Numbered from the stretch's first letter, positions 37,798 to 47,764 are shown. The stretch: DNA of 54,967 bases from Phycisphaerales bacterium (GCA_013140575.1 JABFSN010000060.1:1-54967), one strand, 5' to 3'. Numbers and translations are program-made. The notes: a model not told the origin generated them from the sequence alone.

Positions 37798-38000
37798 CGT
37801 CGCTACTACTGCAGTTCACTTTCGCGCCATAACTTCATGCTGCACAACCAGTTATCTGCGGTGCAGGAGTTGCGTTTCCTGTCCGGCTGATTCAGTCCGA
37901 TGGAGATTGCGCCTTGTCCGATATCCCCAAAACCGTGCGACGGCTGAATGGGTGAAGCGATCGTCGGCGCGGATCGGCGGCAGTTTCGAGCGAGGTAACG

Positions 38001-39257
38001 ATGCTCGGATTGGTAGGCGAGAACTGGTGGACGCCGGCTTGTGACCGCGCGGAAGTTCCGTATCAGAAACTCCCCGCCGCGACCCAGGGAAACCCGTATT
38101 CGGCGAGCGTGGCCGATCGCGCCCGGGTGGGACCGCAATGGTTTCAGTCCATCCGGCGCCATGGGATCGAGTCGATTCTCGACAATGGGGGCGCTGGAAT
38201 GGCGTTCGTCCCTGTTTCGCCCGGTGAGCAGCAAATGCATCTGCTGCACGAGGCGGCCGGCGTGCGTCTGGCGTCACATTTGATCGATCCGGTCGTTACG
38301 GTATTCCAGTCGATGCCCTGGCCGGCGGTCTGGCAAGCCCTTCAGTCGCGATCGTGGTTCAAGTTCATCTGGGACAAGCCGCAGGCGCGGGAGTTGGCCG
38401 AATTCGGTGTCCCCAACGTGCACTATCTGCCCATGGCCGCGCTGGATCGCGACTACGACACGTCGCCGGTGGACTCGGCCTCGCTTAGCTGTGCCGTCTC
38501 GTTCGTCGGCGGCCAGAACTCGACCTATTTCGACCCGGGCCGTGTGACGCCGACCGCGGCATTGCTTCCCGCGATCATAGCGTCGGCCGTGCGCACCGGG
38601 ATGCCGGAGTCGTCCTTTTTCGACACATACTTTCATCTTTACCAGCTCGCGCCATTGCCGACCGGCCACGAGGACCCGCAGACCACCGCTGGGCGCGTCG
38701 CGGAGTACTTTCAGCACCGATTGTTCTATAACGCCTCGCAGTGCATTCAACAACGCGATCGATACGTGGTCTTCCTGAAGCGCCGAATGGCGGATGCGTT
38801 TACACTGATCGGCGACCGCTGGACAACGGCCTACGGTCTGGACGCGCGTCCGCCATTGCCGACGACGGAACAATACCTCGAACACATCCGGCACACGGCT
38901 GTCAATCTCAATTTCGTCAACGGCAATTCGGACAGCGGACTGAACATGCGGCATTTTGAGATCACGGCGGCCGGGGGATTCATGCTCTGCAATCACATGC
39001 CGGAAATTGACGAGCATTTCGAAGTCGGTCGGGAATGCGACACGTTTCGCACGGAGCAGGAGTTGCTTCAGAAACTTGAATTCTACCTGGATCGTCCACA
39101 GCGCCGCGCGGAAATCGCCCGCGCGGGCCAGCAACGGACGCTTGACCATCATCTGTACAGTCACCGACTGGATGCGATTCACAGACACCTGCGAACGGTG
39201 ACGGTGTGCCGGCCGGTGACCGATCCCGCCCCCCAGCGGGCGATGGTGGCACAGTGA
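38001..39257 (+). CDS. CgeB-like glycosyltransferase family protein (DUF3880/Glyco_trans_1_2-like)
   Basis: C-terminal NLNFVNGNSDSGLNMRHFEITAAGGFMLCNH...FRTEQELLQKLEFYLDRPQRRAEIARAGQQR is typical of CgeB-type proteins. Confidence 0.55.
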   Translation: MLGLVGENWWTPACDRAEVPYQKLPAATQGNPYSASVADRARVGPQWFQSIRRHGIESILDNGGAGMAFVPVSPGEQQMHLLHEAAGVRLASHLIDPVVTVFQSMPWPAVWQALQSRSWFKFIWDKPQARELAEFGVPNVHYLPMAALDRDYDTSPVDSASLSCAVSFVGGQNSTYFDPGRVTPTAALLPAIIASAVRTGMPESSFFDTYFHLYQLAPLPTGHEDPQTTAGRVAEYFQHRLFYNASQCIQQRDRYVVFLKRRMADAFTLIGDRWTTAYGLDARPPLPTTEQYLEHIRHTAVNLNFVNGNSDSGLNMRHFEITAAGGFMLCNHMPEIDEHFEVGRECDTFRTEQELLQKLEFYLDRPQRRAEIARAGQQRTLDHHLYSHRLDAIHRHLRTVTVCRPVTDPAPQRAMVAQ

Positions 39258-39264
39258 CAGCAAA

Positions 39265-40092
39265 ATGCACTCGTCTGCGGATCGACTGTGCTTTGCGACA
39301 AGTTGCAAATACCGCGATCCGCACTTGAAAAGGTCTGTTGAGTTGCGGGAGGCGGAATACCACAAACTGGCCGATTACGAGACGTGGTACTGGTGGTACC
39401 GGGCGGAGCGCCTGATTATTCGTGACACGATTGACGCGCTCGCGATGCCGGCGCCGGCGCGAGTGCTGGATGTGGGGTGTGGCACCGGCCGCAATCTTGT
39501 CGCAGTGTGCGACGGAAGCACGCTTCAGGGTTTTGCGCTGGACCGGGCTGACACCGCCGTTGCCATGTGGCCGGACCCGATTCGACAACGCGGCTGCTGT
39601 GGCGAGGCCAATGCGCTGCCCTACGCCGACGGGAGCTTCGACCTGGCTCTTTGCATTGATGTGCTTCAATGCGCCGGAGTGACACCCGAGCGTGCCGTTC
39701 GGGAAATAGCCCGCGTGTTGCGTCCTGACGGCAGTCTGGTGGTGCTGGCGCCGGCTTATCAATGGATGCTGTCAAGGCACGACGACGCCGTGCACGGCGT
39801 GCGCCGATTCACCGCCCGGCAATTAAAGCAGCTCGCCCGCGACGCGGGACTGCACGTTAATCGTGCGTGCTATCAGTTTCCGACTTTCTTTCCGGTGATC
39901 GCGGCGGTGCGGCTTTGGCGAAAGCGGGGTCGGAACAAGAGGGACACCGTTCCGACGTCCGACTTGTTCCATGTGCCGGCGCCGGTCAATGCGATGCTGT
40001 TTGCCATGTGGCGCATGGAACGATGGGCCGTGCGGCGATTTGGCGCGCCCTTCGGATCGACCGTATTGCTTCTCGCGAGGAAGGTGCGTTGA
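39265..40092 (+). CDS. class I SAM-dependent methyltransferase
   Basis: VLDVGCGTGRNL motif I, and ADGSFDLALCIDVLQ. Its stop overlaps the next start (TGATG). Confidence 0.7.
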   Translation: MHSSADRLCFATSCKYRDPHLKRSVELREAEYHKLADYETWYWWYRAERLIIRDTIDALAMPAPARVLDVGCGTGRNLVAVCDGSTLQGFALDRADTAVAMWPDPIRQRGCCGEANALPYADGSFDLALCIDVLQCAGVTPERAVREIARVLRPDGSLVVLAPAYQWMLSRHDDAVHGVRRFTARQLKQLARDAGLHVNRACYQFPTFFPVIAAVRLWRKRGRNKRDTVPTSDLFHVPAPVNAMLFAMWRMERWAVRRFGAPFGSTVLLLARKVR

Positions 40093-40772
40093 TGAGTCTA
40101 TCTTCTTCGTGGCAGTTTGTCGGAGGCGTCGGGGGTCCGCTGTACCGCATTTACGACGCGCTGCGTCTTCGAGTCAGCCGCCGGTTGTCGGACTATTTGA
40201 TTCAGCAAACTATTGCCAAGTCACGCAACGGATCCGGAGTCCGACAGGTGCGGGCGCTGGAGGCCGGATCGGGCCCGGGTTCGTCGTCGTCGCTGCTCGC
40301 GGCGCGGGGCGATCGCGTGTATGCGGTGTGCCTGGACATAGATCATGGGGCATTGATCGAGGCCCGTCGCCGTGATGCGACGCTGCCGGTCGTCGTGGGA
40401 GACGTGCTGCACATGCCCTTCGCGGACGGTGTGTTCGGTCTTGTGTTTAATAGCAGTACGGTGGAACATCTGGACGAACCACGCAAGGCGGTGGTTGAGA
40501 TGCGGCGCGTCTGCGCCGGCACAGGCCATGTCTTCATCGGCGTTCCGTATGCCTACGGGCCATTGGTGTTTCAACCCTGGATTCGTCGGTCCAGGCTGGG
40601 CGTGTGGCTGGGGCCGGTGTTTAGCCGCGGTCGGCTGGATGCCCTGCTGCAAGACGCTGGTCTTGTGCCGATTCATCATATTCGCTACTTCGCCCGCTTT
40701 TTCATCGGTGCCCTTGCGGCTGTGCGCGGCGAGGGCCTCGGATTGTCCGTTACGCGCGGAGCCGGCTCGTGA
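40092..40772 (+). CDS. class I SAM-dependent methyltransferase (second paralog)
   Basis: ALEAGSGPGSSSS motif I-like, and FADGVFGLVFNSSTVEHL (Methyltransf_11-like). Internal ATG at 40092. Confidence 0.7.
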   Translation: MSLSSSWQFVGGVGGPLYRIYDALRLRVSRRLSDYLIQQTIAKSRNGSGVRQVRALEAGSGPGSSSSLLAARGDRVYAVCLDIDHGALIEARRRDATLPVVVGDVLHMPFADGVFGLVFNSSTVEHLDEPRKAVVEMRRVCAGTGHVFIGVPYAYGPLVFQPWIRRSRLGVWLGPVFSRGRLDALLQDAGLVPIHHIRYFARFFIGALAAVRGEGLGLSVTRGAGS

Positions 40773-42766
40773 CGATACCCGTGTTGGTGACGCTCGGCTT
40801 TCTGCCCGTTTATCTGTGGCTGCGCGCGCCGTATTGTCGCTTGCCACTCCATTGCGACACCGGCTTTTATGTTTCCAACCACACGATCAGCACGCGGCGG
40901 TTGCGATTCAGCAAGGGCTGGAATGCGAAGTTCGCGGGTTGCAGCAAGGCTGTGCCGGAGCTGTTTTACAGTCTCGTGTATTTGCTCGCGGAGGCGTCCG
41001 CGGGAATGCCACACGGCGCGCATCGGTATAAGACAGTGTCGCGGCTGAGTGCGTCCTTGTTCAACTACGTAACTGCCGTCGTAGTGGGGGCGCTCGCCTG
41101 GCAACTTGGCGGATCGCCAACGTATTATTGCGCCGGGCTTGTCGTCTATTGTCTGATTTCGAGTGAGCCGCAGTACGGCGTGTATTATGAATGCGGAGAA
41201 TGGTTCGGACTGCTGGGGAATGTTGTATCGATGCTTTTGCTCTCCGTCGGAATGGCCGGCGGCGGCGTGGTGTGGATCGGCGCCGCGGCGTTTGTCTGGA
41301 TGGCGGACGCGTTTTTCGTTAAATTGAGCTCGGGAGTCGGATTCGTCGTTCTGTTTGGCGGCATCATCGTCGCGCAACCGGGTGCCTGGATGGCGGTGGC
41401 GATTGGTTTCACCGCTGGGGCAGTTTTGTTTCATATCTGGATTCTCGCTAATGGCCGGAATCCATGGTCGCTGCTGAGGCCGCTGGCACGGCACGAAACC
41501 GCATACGGTCAGCGAGCTCAGTGGCGAATCGTGTCGAATCGATTGGCCGAAAAGGGCGTGTGTTTATGGCGAACGGTCCGGGCGCAGCCGATATTTCCGA
41601 CGATGGCCGCGGCCGCGTGCGTGGTGGCGCCACCCCCGCCAATCGTATGGTGTTACGCGGCGGCCGTTTTGCTCGCCTATTTCGTTCAAGCGGCGGATTG
41701 TTGGTACTACCAAATACCGCTGCTTCCGGTTCTTGCGCTTCTGGCGACCGGAATGGTCGCGACTGGGTCTGATGGTCTGCTGGTGCTGGCGTGCGGTGGG
41801 GCCTTGTGGCTCGCCTACAACGGAACTCGCGGGCGTCAGTCCGATTCGCGTCAAATGGCGCGATGGGCGTGGGCGGGCCATCGACCCGAATCCGAGATGA
41901 GTCGCGGCTTCGAACTGGAGCGAGCCGCCGAGGTCTTGCGACCGATGGTTCGTGGTCGCTCTCTGCTGGTCTATGGACCGTTGAACCAGGCTTATGTCCT
42001 GTTGTCGGCGAGCTACGATACGGCGATCATCACGCCGGAATCCTATCTGGACGAAATGGCCCCCGGCTGGCAACGAGAGCTCAACGCGCAACTTCTCCAG
42101 ACGCCGCCCCAATTCGTCCTTGACACCGGGCGATGTTTCGATGCCGCCGCGCTGCGCGGAAACATGGGACTGGACTACCGTCTTCAGCACGTTGTCGCGG
42201 ATACTCGGTTTTTCGAGTTGGTGGGGATGAATGCGCCGGCGGCGGACGCGCTCGATATACGGTCGTACCGGCCGCAGTCGGAACACGCCCTGGCGAATGA
42301 ATACCTGTTGGCGGGCGACGCGCTGACACGCGATGGCGCGGCGCGCGGCGCCGGAGATACGCCCGCCGGAATGGCCGACGTGGCGGCGGTTTCGCTCGGG
42401 CGGTTGCTCGACGCACTGGCGGACGCCGGCTATTCGCGGCTGGGCGTTTATGGCGCGGGACGGTATACGGCGCGGCACCTCGATGTTTATCGGCGGTCTC
42501 GTGCTCCGGTGGTCGTTGTTCTCGACGATCGCCCGGGCGATGACGCGACGTGCAGGTTTGATTGGCCGGTCCGGCGCCTGGAAACGACCGGGGCATACGA
42601 TGTCGACGCGATTGTGTTGTCCACGGATCGGTTCGCGGGCGTCATGCGCGCACGCGTTCGCGCTGCGTTGGGAAGAGCATTCCCTGTGTTCGCCGCGGGG
42701 GATCGACCGCCGCACCCCACCATCATGCATCCGACTGGTCCGCGGCCGAGCGTCGCGACGGTGTGA
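40769..42766 (+). CDS. large polytopic membrane protein with C-terminal Rossmann-like domain (putative GT-C-type glycan-processing enzyme)
   Basis: 665 aa. At least 10 TM helices in the N-terminal 400 aa. The C-terminal GVYGAGRYTARHLDVY...VVVLDD segment looks like a nucleotide-binding fold. Overlaps the preceding gene by 4 nt. Confidence 0.5.
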   Translation: MTIPVLVTLGFLPVYLWLRAPYCRLPLHCDTGFYVSNHTISTRRLRFSKGWNAKFAGCSKAVPELFYSLVYLLAEASAGMPHGAHRYKTVSRLSASLFNYVTAVVVGALAWQLGGSPTYYCAGLVVYCLISSEPQYGVYYECGEWFGLLGNVVSMLLLSVGMAGGGVVWIGAAAFVWMADAFFVKLSSGVGFVVLFGGIIVAQPGAWMAVAIGFTAGAVLFHIWILANGRNPWSLLRPLARHETAYGQRAQWRIVSNRLAEKGVCLWRTVRAQPIFPTMAAAACVVAPPPPIVWCYAAAVLLAYFVQAADCWYYQIPLLPVLALLATGMVATGSDGLLVLACGGALWLAYNGTRGRQSDSRQMARWAWAGHRPESEMSRGFELERAAEVLRPMVRGRSLLVYGPLNQAYVLLSASYDTAIITPESYLDEMAPGWQRELNAQLLQTPPQFVLDTGRCFDAAALRGNMGLDYRLQHVVADTRFFELVGMNAPAADALDIRSYRPQSEHALANEYLLAGDALTRDGAARGAGDTPAGMADVAAVSLGRLLDALADAGYSRLGVYGAGRYTARHLDVYRRSRAPVVVVLDDRPGDDATCRFDWPVRRLETTGAYDVDAIVLSTDRFAGVMRARVRAALGRAFPVFAAGDRPPHPTIMHPTGPRPSVATV

Positions 42767-42804
42767 TGGCGTCACCGGCGCGCCGTAAACGCCCCATCAA
42801 ACTC

Positions 42805-42820
42805 CCCATCAATTGATGGG
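42805..42820. promoter_or_regulatory. perfect 16-bp palindrome cccatcaattgatggg upstream of pilT
   Basis: cccatcaa / ttgatggg are exact reverse complements. An additional direct half-site ccccatcaa occurs at 42792-42800. Confidence 0.35.
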
Positions 42821-42937
42821 TTCGCGAGGTTCGTCGCCCGCGACCTGTCAATTGGTCGGCGAATCCCGGTCGTCCCTCCTTGAATGGAAATGGACCGGCC
42901 CTAGAATGAGAGGTTCGCGGTCGGTGGCCGACCCGGG

Positions 42938-44248
42938 TTGCCAACGGTTTCGTCGCAAACGAACATCCCAAGCCGAGGAATCGTGGAACGCGGGACGCGA
43001 GCGATTTCACGACGGCATGGGATTCGTTGTGTCCGCGGACACGGCGACCGCGGCCAGTTGAACCAAAACGAACGGGGAAGGTTATCCGAATTGTCATCCA
43101 TTGAACCCACCGCGGACAGTCTGGAATCGGGCGACGGCGACTCGTCGCCGGGCGGCCGGCCGCGGATCGCGCGGTATTTCGAGGCCATGATCCGCGCCGG
43201 CGGTTCGGACCTGCATTTCAAGGCCGACGCTCCGCCTCGGGTTCGCCATCGCGGCGGACTGAAGGTGCTGACGCACAAGGCGTTGTCCAATGAGAAGATC
43301 GAGCGCATGGTCTTCGAGATCATGAGCGACGTCCACAAGGAGTGGTTCGCGAAGAAGGGATCGTCCGATTTCTCGTATCAACTTGACGCCGACAATCGAT
43401 TCCGCATCAACATCTTCCGGCAGCGCGGGGCCACGTCGATGGCGGCGAGGCACATCCCCAAGGAGATCAAGAACTACAACGAGCTGCACCTGCCGCCGCA
43501 AATGGAGACGATCGCCCAGAAACACCAGGGATTGATTCTGGTGGCGGGAATCACCGGAAGCGGGAAGAGCACGACCATCGCGGCCATGATCGACCAGATC
43601 AACCGCACGCGGACGGCGCACATCATCACGCTGGAAGATCCGATCGAGTTCATGTACGAGGACAAGAAGTCGTTCATCAACCAGCGGGAGATCGGGCAGG
43701 ACGTAAACGATTTTCACGATGCGTTGAAATACCTGATGCGTGAAGACCCGGACGTGGTGCTGATCGGCGAGTTGCGCGACCCGGAGACGTTTGAGGCGGC
43801 GCTCCGGGCGGCGGAATCGGGCCACTTGGTATTCGGCACGGTGCATGCGTCCAACGCGGCCGGCACGATCACGCGCGTGCTGGAGTTGTTCCCGGAGCAC
43901 AGCCGGGATCTGATTCGCACGTCGTTGGAGTTCAATCTGCAGGCGATCGTGTGCTTGAAGCTGTTGAAGGGCATTCGCCCGGATATCCCCCGCATACCGG
44001 CGGTTGAGGTTATGATCGCCAACGCCACGGTGCGGAAGCTGATCCGCGAGAAGCGGGAAAACGAGATTTTAGGTGTGATTCGAAACTCGTACCACGAAGG
44101 CATGCAGGATTTCACGGAATCGCTGCGCGTGCTGGTGGAGAAGGAGTTCATCGCGACGCAAACCGCGTACGAGGTTGCCCCTAATCCGGAAGAGCTTAAG
44201 ATGCGGTTGAAGGGGATTTCCGTTTCGGCCGGGGGCATCATCGGTTGA
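42938..44248 (+). CDS. pilT: type IV pilus retraction ATPase PilT/PilU family
   Basis: GSDLHF...GITGSGKSTT Walker A, DPIEF, GELRD, and the TVHASNAAGTITR His-box. Start uncertain: ATG at 42938, or TTG at 43091 with a GGAAGG RBS. Confidence 0.85.
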   Translation: MPTVSSQTNIPSRGIVERGTRAISRRHGIRCVRGHGDRGQLNQNERGRLSELSSIEPTADSLESGDGDSSPGGRPRIARYFEAMIRAGGSDLHFKADAPPRVRHRGGLKVLTHKALSNEKIERMVFEIMSDVHKEWFAKKGSSDFSYQLDADNRFRINIFRQRGATSMAARHIPKEIKNYNELHLPPQMETIAQKHQGLILVAGITGSGKSTTIAAMIDQINRTRTAHIITLEDPIEFMYEDKKSFINQREIGQDVNDFHDALKYLMREDPDVVLIGELRDPETFEAALRAAESGHLVFGTVHASNAAGTITRVLELFPEHSRDLIRTSLEFNLQAIVCLKLLKGIRPDIPRIPAVEVMIANATVRKLIREKRENEILGVIRNSYHEGMQDFTESLRVLVEKEFIATQTAYEVAPNPEELKMRLKGISVSAGGIIG

Positions 44249-44351
44249 TGCGTCACGGCGACCGTCGCGGGGCGTTGTGGGCGCGAACCCGTTCCGCCGC
44301 TGCAAAAAGCGGTGAACGATCGAAGGGCGTGCGCGGCCTGGCGCCGCGAAG

Positions 44352-46031
44352 ATGCATTCCATGCTGAATTTCATGCTTGCTGAACTCCCCGAACCGGGAA
44401 GCTACGTCAGCCTGGTAAAGGTCGGGGTGGTCCTCGCGATATTCGTCGGGTGGGCGTTCGGATGCCAATGGGTGGATCGCGACGCGGAATTGGTCAAAAC
44501 CCGCCGCGAGCGGTGGAACATCATTGTCTATGGTGCGGGGATTCTGGGTCTGATCATCTTGATCCTACCGCCGTGGCGTGGTCCGGCCTTTTTTTTCGGA
44601 CTGGCCATTTGGGTTCTGGCGGCGGGCGGCGGGCAACTGGTTTACGTGGTCCATCGAAACGGTCGCGTCCTCCCGGGTCATCGCGTCCTGACGGTGGGGC
44701 ATTTGAAGCGTGTGATTGCGCGGGATCCAGCGGCCGGAGCGAGCAAACTGGAACGCGGCCAACGGATTCACCTGGCGAATCACGAGGGCAAGGTCGCGGC
44801 ACGCCCGGTCGACCGCGACGAGGCGGCGCAATTCGACGCGGCGCAGGATTTTCTGTTTGACCTGTTGTGGCGGCGGGCGTCGGACGCCGAGATTCTGGTG
44901 GGTAAGGACCAGGCGCGGGTGATCTATCGCATCGACGGGGTGACGGCCGAACAGTCGGCGGCGTTGAGCGTCGCGGATGCGCCGGCGGTGTTGCAACAGT
45001 TGAAGAAACTTGCGGGACTGAATCCCGAGGAAATCCGCCGCCCGCAGGAAGGCGGCCTGTCGGCGTCGTTGCTGAGCGAGGTGGGGGCCAAGGGCAAGAT
45101 CACGGTGGTGACATCGGGATCGACGACGGGGGAGCGCGTGCGGCTGACGGTTCATCAGCCGGCCAGCCGGAAGCGGTTGCACGAACTGGGGATGGCGACG
45201 TCCCGTCTTGAGCAGGTCCGCGAAGCGATCCGGGCGCACACCGGGTTGATGGTCGTCAGCGGCATCCGCGCGGGCGGGGTGACGACGACGTTGTACGGGG
45301 TATTGCGCGAGCACGACGCATTCATTCAGAACATCCATGCGCTCGAAAAGCGGGTCTTGCACGATCTCGACAACATCACGCAGGCGAAATTCGATCCCGG
45401 TGAGGATCAGGTCAGCTACGCCCGCCAATTGCAAAGCGTGTTGCGCCGCGAACCGGACATCGTGGGCGTGGGCGAGTGTGACGATCGGGAGACGGCCCAG
45501 ATCGCGCTGCGCGCGGCCGGCGACAACCGCAAGATCTACCTCGGCATGGACGCCAAAAGCTCCATGGACGCGCTGGCCCGCCTGATCGCGCTGGCGGAGG
45601 ATCCCAAGCTGGTGGCCAAGGGGTTGCTCGCGGTGGTGAACCAGCGCCTGGTGCGGGTGCTGTGCACGTCGTGCCGGCAAACGTTCAAGCCCAATGAAGC
45701 GCTGCTGCGGAAGGCCAACATTCCGCCGGACAAGGTGGAACATTTCTATCGCCCGCCGACCGAACCGGTTTTGGACCGCAAGGGCCGGGAGATCATCTGC
45801 CAGACCTGTCAGGGGAGCGGATACGTCGGCCGGGTCGGGATTTTTGAGGTATTTCTGGTGGACGATGCAATACGGCAACTGATCACGGCGGGTGCGGAGA
45901 TCAAGCAGATCAAGTCGCAGGCGCGGAAAAACCGGATGTATAATCTGGAAGAAGAGGGGCTGTTGAAAGTGATCGACGGCACGACCAGTCTCGACGAGGT
46001 CATTCGCGTGTTGCGTGACGAGAAGAAATAG
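44352..46031 (+). CDS. membrane-anchored GspE/PilB-like secretion ATPase paralog with degenerate P-loop and His-box (predicted pseudo-ATPase)
   Basis: Three N-terminal TM helices. Aligns colinearly with GspE across VGECDDRETAQIA (Walker B region), the tetracysteine CTSC...CQTC motif and GYVGRVGIFEV. However, Walker A reads GIRAGGVTTT with no Lys, and the His-box reads GDNRKIYLGMDAK with no His. Confidence 0.8.
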   Translation: MHSMLNFMLAELPEPGSYVSLVKVGVVLAIFVGWAFGCQWVDRDAELVKTRRERWNIIVYGAGILGLIILILPPWRGPAFFFGLAIWVLAAGGGQLVYVVHRNGRVLPGHRVLTVGHLKRVIARDPAAGASKLERGQRIHLANHEGKVAARPVDRDEAAQFDAAQDFLFDLLWRRASDAEILVGKDQARVIYRIDGVTAEQSAALSVADAPAVLQQLKKLAGLNPEEIRRPQEGGLSASLLSEVGAKGKITVVTSGSTTGERVRLTVHQPASRKRLHELGMATSRLEQVREAIRAHTGLMVVSGIRAGGVTTTLYGVLREHDAFIQNIHALEKRVLHDLDNITQAKFDPGEDQVSYARQLQSVLRREPDIVGVGECDDRETAQIALRAAGDNRKIYLGMDAKSSMDALARLIALAEDPKLVAKGLLAVVNQRLVRVLCTSCRQTFKPNEALLRKANIPPDKVEHFYRPPTEPVLDRKGREIICQTCQGSGYVGRVGIFEVFLVDDAIRQLITAGAEIKQIKSQARKNRMYNLEEEGLLKVIDGTTSLDEVIRVLRDEKK

Positions 46032-46045
46032 CGAGGGGCACGAAC

Positions 46046-47764
46046 ATGGACTGGCTTTCCTTGTTGTTGTTGGCCGCCATGGGGGCGATGGCCTACTTGC
46101 AGACGATCCACGGCATGGTCAGCGCGGTGATCAACTGCGTGCTGGTGCTGATCTGCGTGCCGACGGCGGTGGCGACGTTTGAATGGGTGGCCTACTCATG
46201 GTTGAGCGAGCCGCTGGGGGATTTGGCGCCGCCGGTGGCACTGATGGCCACGTTCCTCTTGCCGTTCATTGTCCTTCGCGTGGCGTTGGACGCGCTCATT
46301 ACACGGTCCAATTTGCTGCCCGTGGTCCTGGACCGGTCGGTCGCGGCGGTCGCCGGTTTTTTGGGGGCGTATTTGTCGATCGGGCTGCTGGCCATGGCCA
46401 TCCAGATGGTGCCGTTCGGTGGCTCGTTTCTGGGGACGGCGCGGTTCGATCGGGAGAAGGGCGAGGAGACCGATCTGTGGCTGGGGCCGGATCGGTTCGC
46501 GGCCGGTTTCGCGGGCATGATGACGCGAGGTGTCTTCAGCGGCGATCGCAGGTGGGAAGACATCCACCCGGACCTGATCACGGAGATTCGCTGGTCGACC
46601 GCGGTCGATCGCCATGTGCGTACGGTGGCCCCACCGGGCACGGTGCGGCTGGTTAAGGTGGAATTGCCGCGCTACATTTTCGACAAGACGCCGGCGTCGG
46701 GACGCGGAACCAACCTGGTGCCGGCGTCGTACAATCCGGTGAGCGCGCCGGTCGGTCGGCAGTGGTTCTTGATCCGCGTGGCCGTGGGCGAGGAGTCGCG
46801 CGACGCCGACGAACGCCATCGGTTCACCCGGCGGCAGGCGTGGCTGGCGGGCTACCCGAGGGACGGCGCGAGCCTGGCGCGATATCTACCCGTCGCGATC
46901 ACGGACAGTGATGACACCACGCGGCATTGCCGAATCAACGACCGTGATCTGTACCGTCCCGGTGACAACGATGAAATCGACTTCGTGTTCGAGGTCGAAG
47001 ATGAGTTTCGGCCGTTGTTTTTGTCGTACAAGAGCGGCGCGCGGGTGGACCTCGCCAAGGTTGATCTGAAGCCGGAACAGGCGCCGGCGGTGGCGTCCAC
47101 GTCCCCGGTTGCGCCGGCGCCGCCGGCGCCGCCATCGACCCCCGCGCCGGCTGGATCGCCCCCGCCTGCGGACCGGGGTTCCGGGGATCGAGTGTCGGGG
47201 GCACGCGGTCTGGAGGGGCGGTTCAACGATACGCTGCCGCGCATGACCGATTTCCAGAGCCTCGATCTGGAACAGACGGGCGACGCGATTTCCAACGGGC
47301 ACATCTGGGGCGACAGCGCCAAGCAGGGTGGATCGTCAAGCGGGACGACCGTCGCGCGCTTCGTGGTGCCCGCGGACAAACGCATGTTTCAATTGGAGGT
47401 TACGGTGTTGCGTGCGAGCAGCACGCTGGGTCACGCGCTCAGTTTCGCCGTCACCACGCTGCGGAACTATCAATTGCAGGACGCGGAAGGCCGCAGTTAT
47501 TCCGTGGTGGGGCAAATCGCCACGGCCGACGTGGATGGGACCGAGGTGATCGAGGTCGAGTACTACCCGTCGACGGTGGAGATCGCCAACCGGGGCGGGA
47601 TGCGCGCATTCCAGCGGATCAAGGACCGCCACCTCGACGGACCGAATTACCACCTGGTCTATGTGTTCCTGGTTGAACCGGGCAGCACCATCACCGAGTT
47701 CCGCACCGGACAGGGACGGCATCCCACCGACCTGCGGCATTTGAACCTGGTCGCCCCGCGTTAG
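46046..47764 (+). CDS. membrane protein with CvpA-like N-terminal TM domain and large uncharacterised C-terminal domain
   Basis: 572 aa. About 4 TM helices in the first 120 aa, a Pro/Ala-rich linker (PVAPAPPAPPSTPAPAGSPPP), and a beta-rich C-terminus. Starts 15 nt after the preceding gene. Confidence 0.5.
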   Translation: MDWLSLLLLAAMGAMAYLQTIHGMVSAVINCVLVLICVPTAVATFEWVAYSWLSEPLGDLAPPVALMATFLLPFIVLRVALDALITRSNLLPVVLDRSVAAVAGFLGAYLSIGLLAMAIQMVPFGGSFLGTARFDREKGEETDLWLGPDRFAAGFAGMMTRGVFSGDRRWEDIHPDLITEIRWSTAVDRHVRTVAPPGTVRLVKVELPRYIFDKTPASGRGTNLVPASYNPVSAPVGRQWFLIRVAVGEESRDADERHRFTRRQAWLAGYPRDGASLARYLPVAITDSDDTTRHCRINDRDLYRPGDNDEIDFVFEVEDEFRPLFLSYKSGARVDLAKVDLKPEQAPAVASTSPVAPAPPAPPSTPAPAGSPPPADRGSGDRVSGARGLEGRFNDTLPRMTDFQSLDLEQTGDAISNGHIWGDSAKQGGSSSGTTVARFVVPADKRMFQLEVTVLRASSTLGHALSFAVTTLRNYQLQDAEGRSYSVVGQIATADVDGTEVIEVEYYPSTVEIANRGGMRAFQRIKDRHLDGPNYHLVYVFLVEPGSTITEFRTGQGRHPTDLRHLNLVAPR

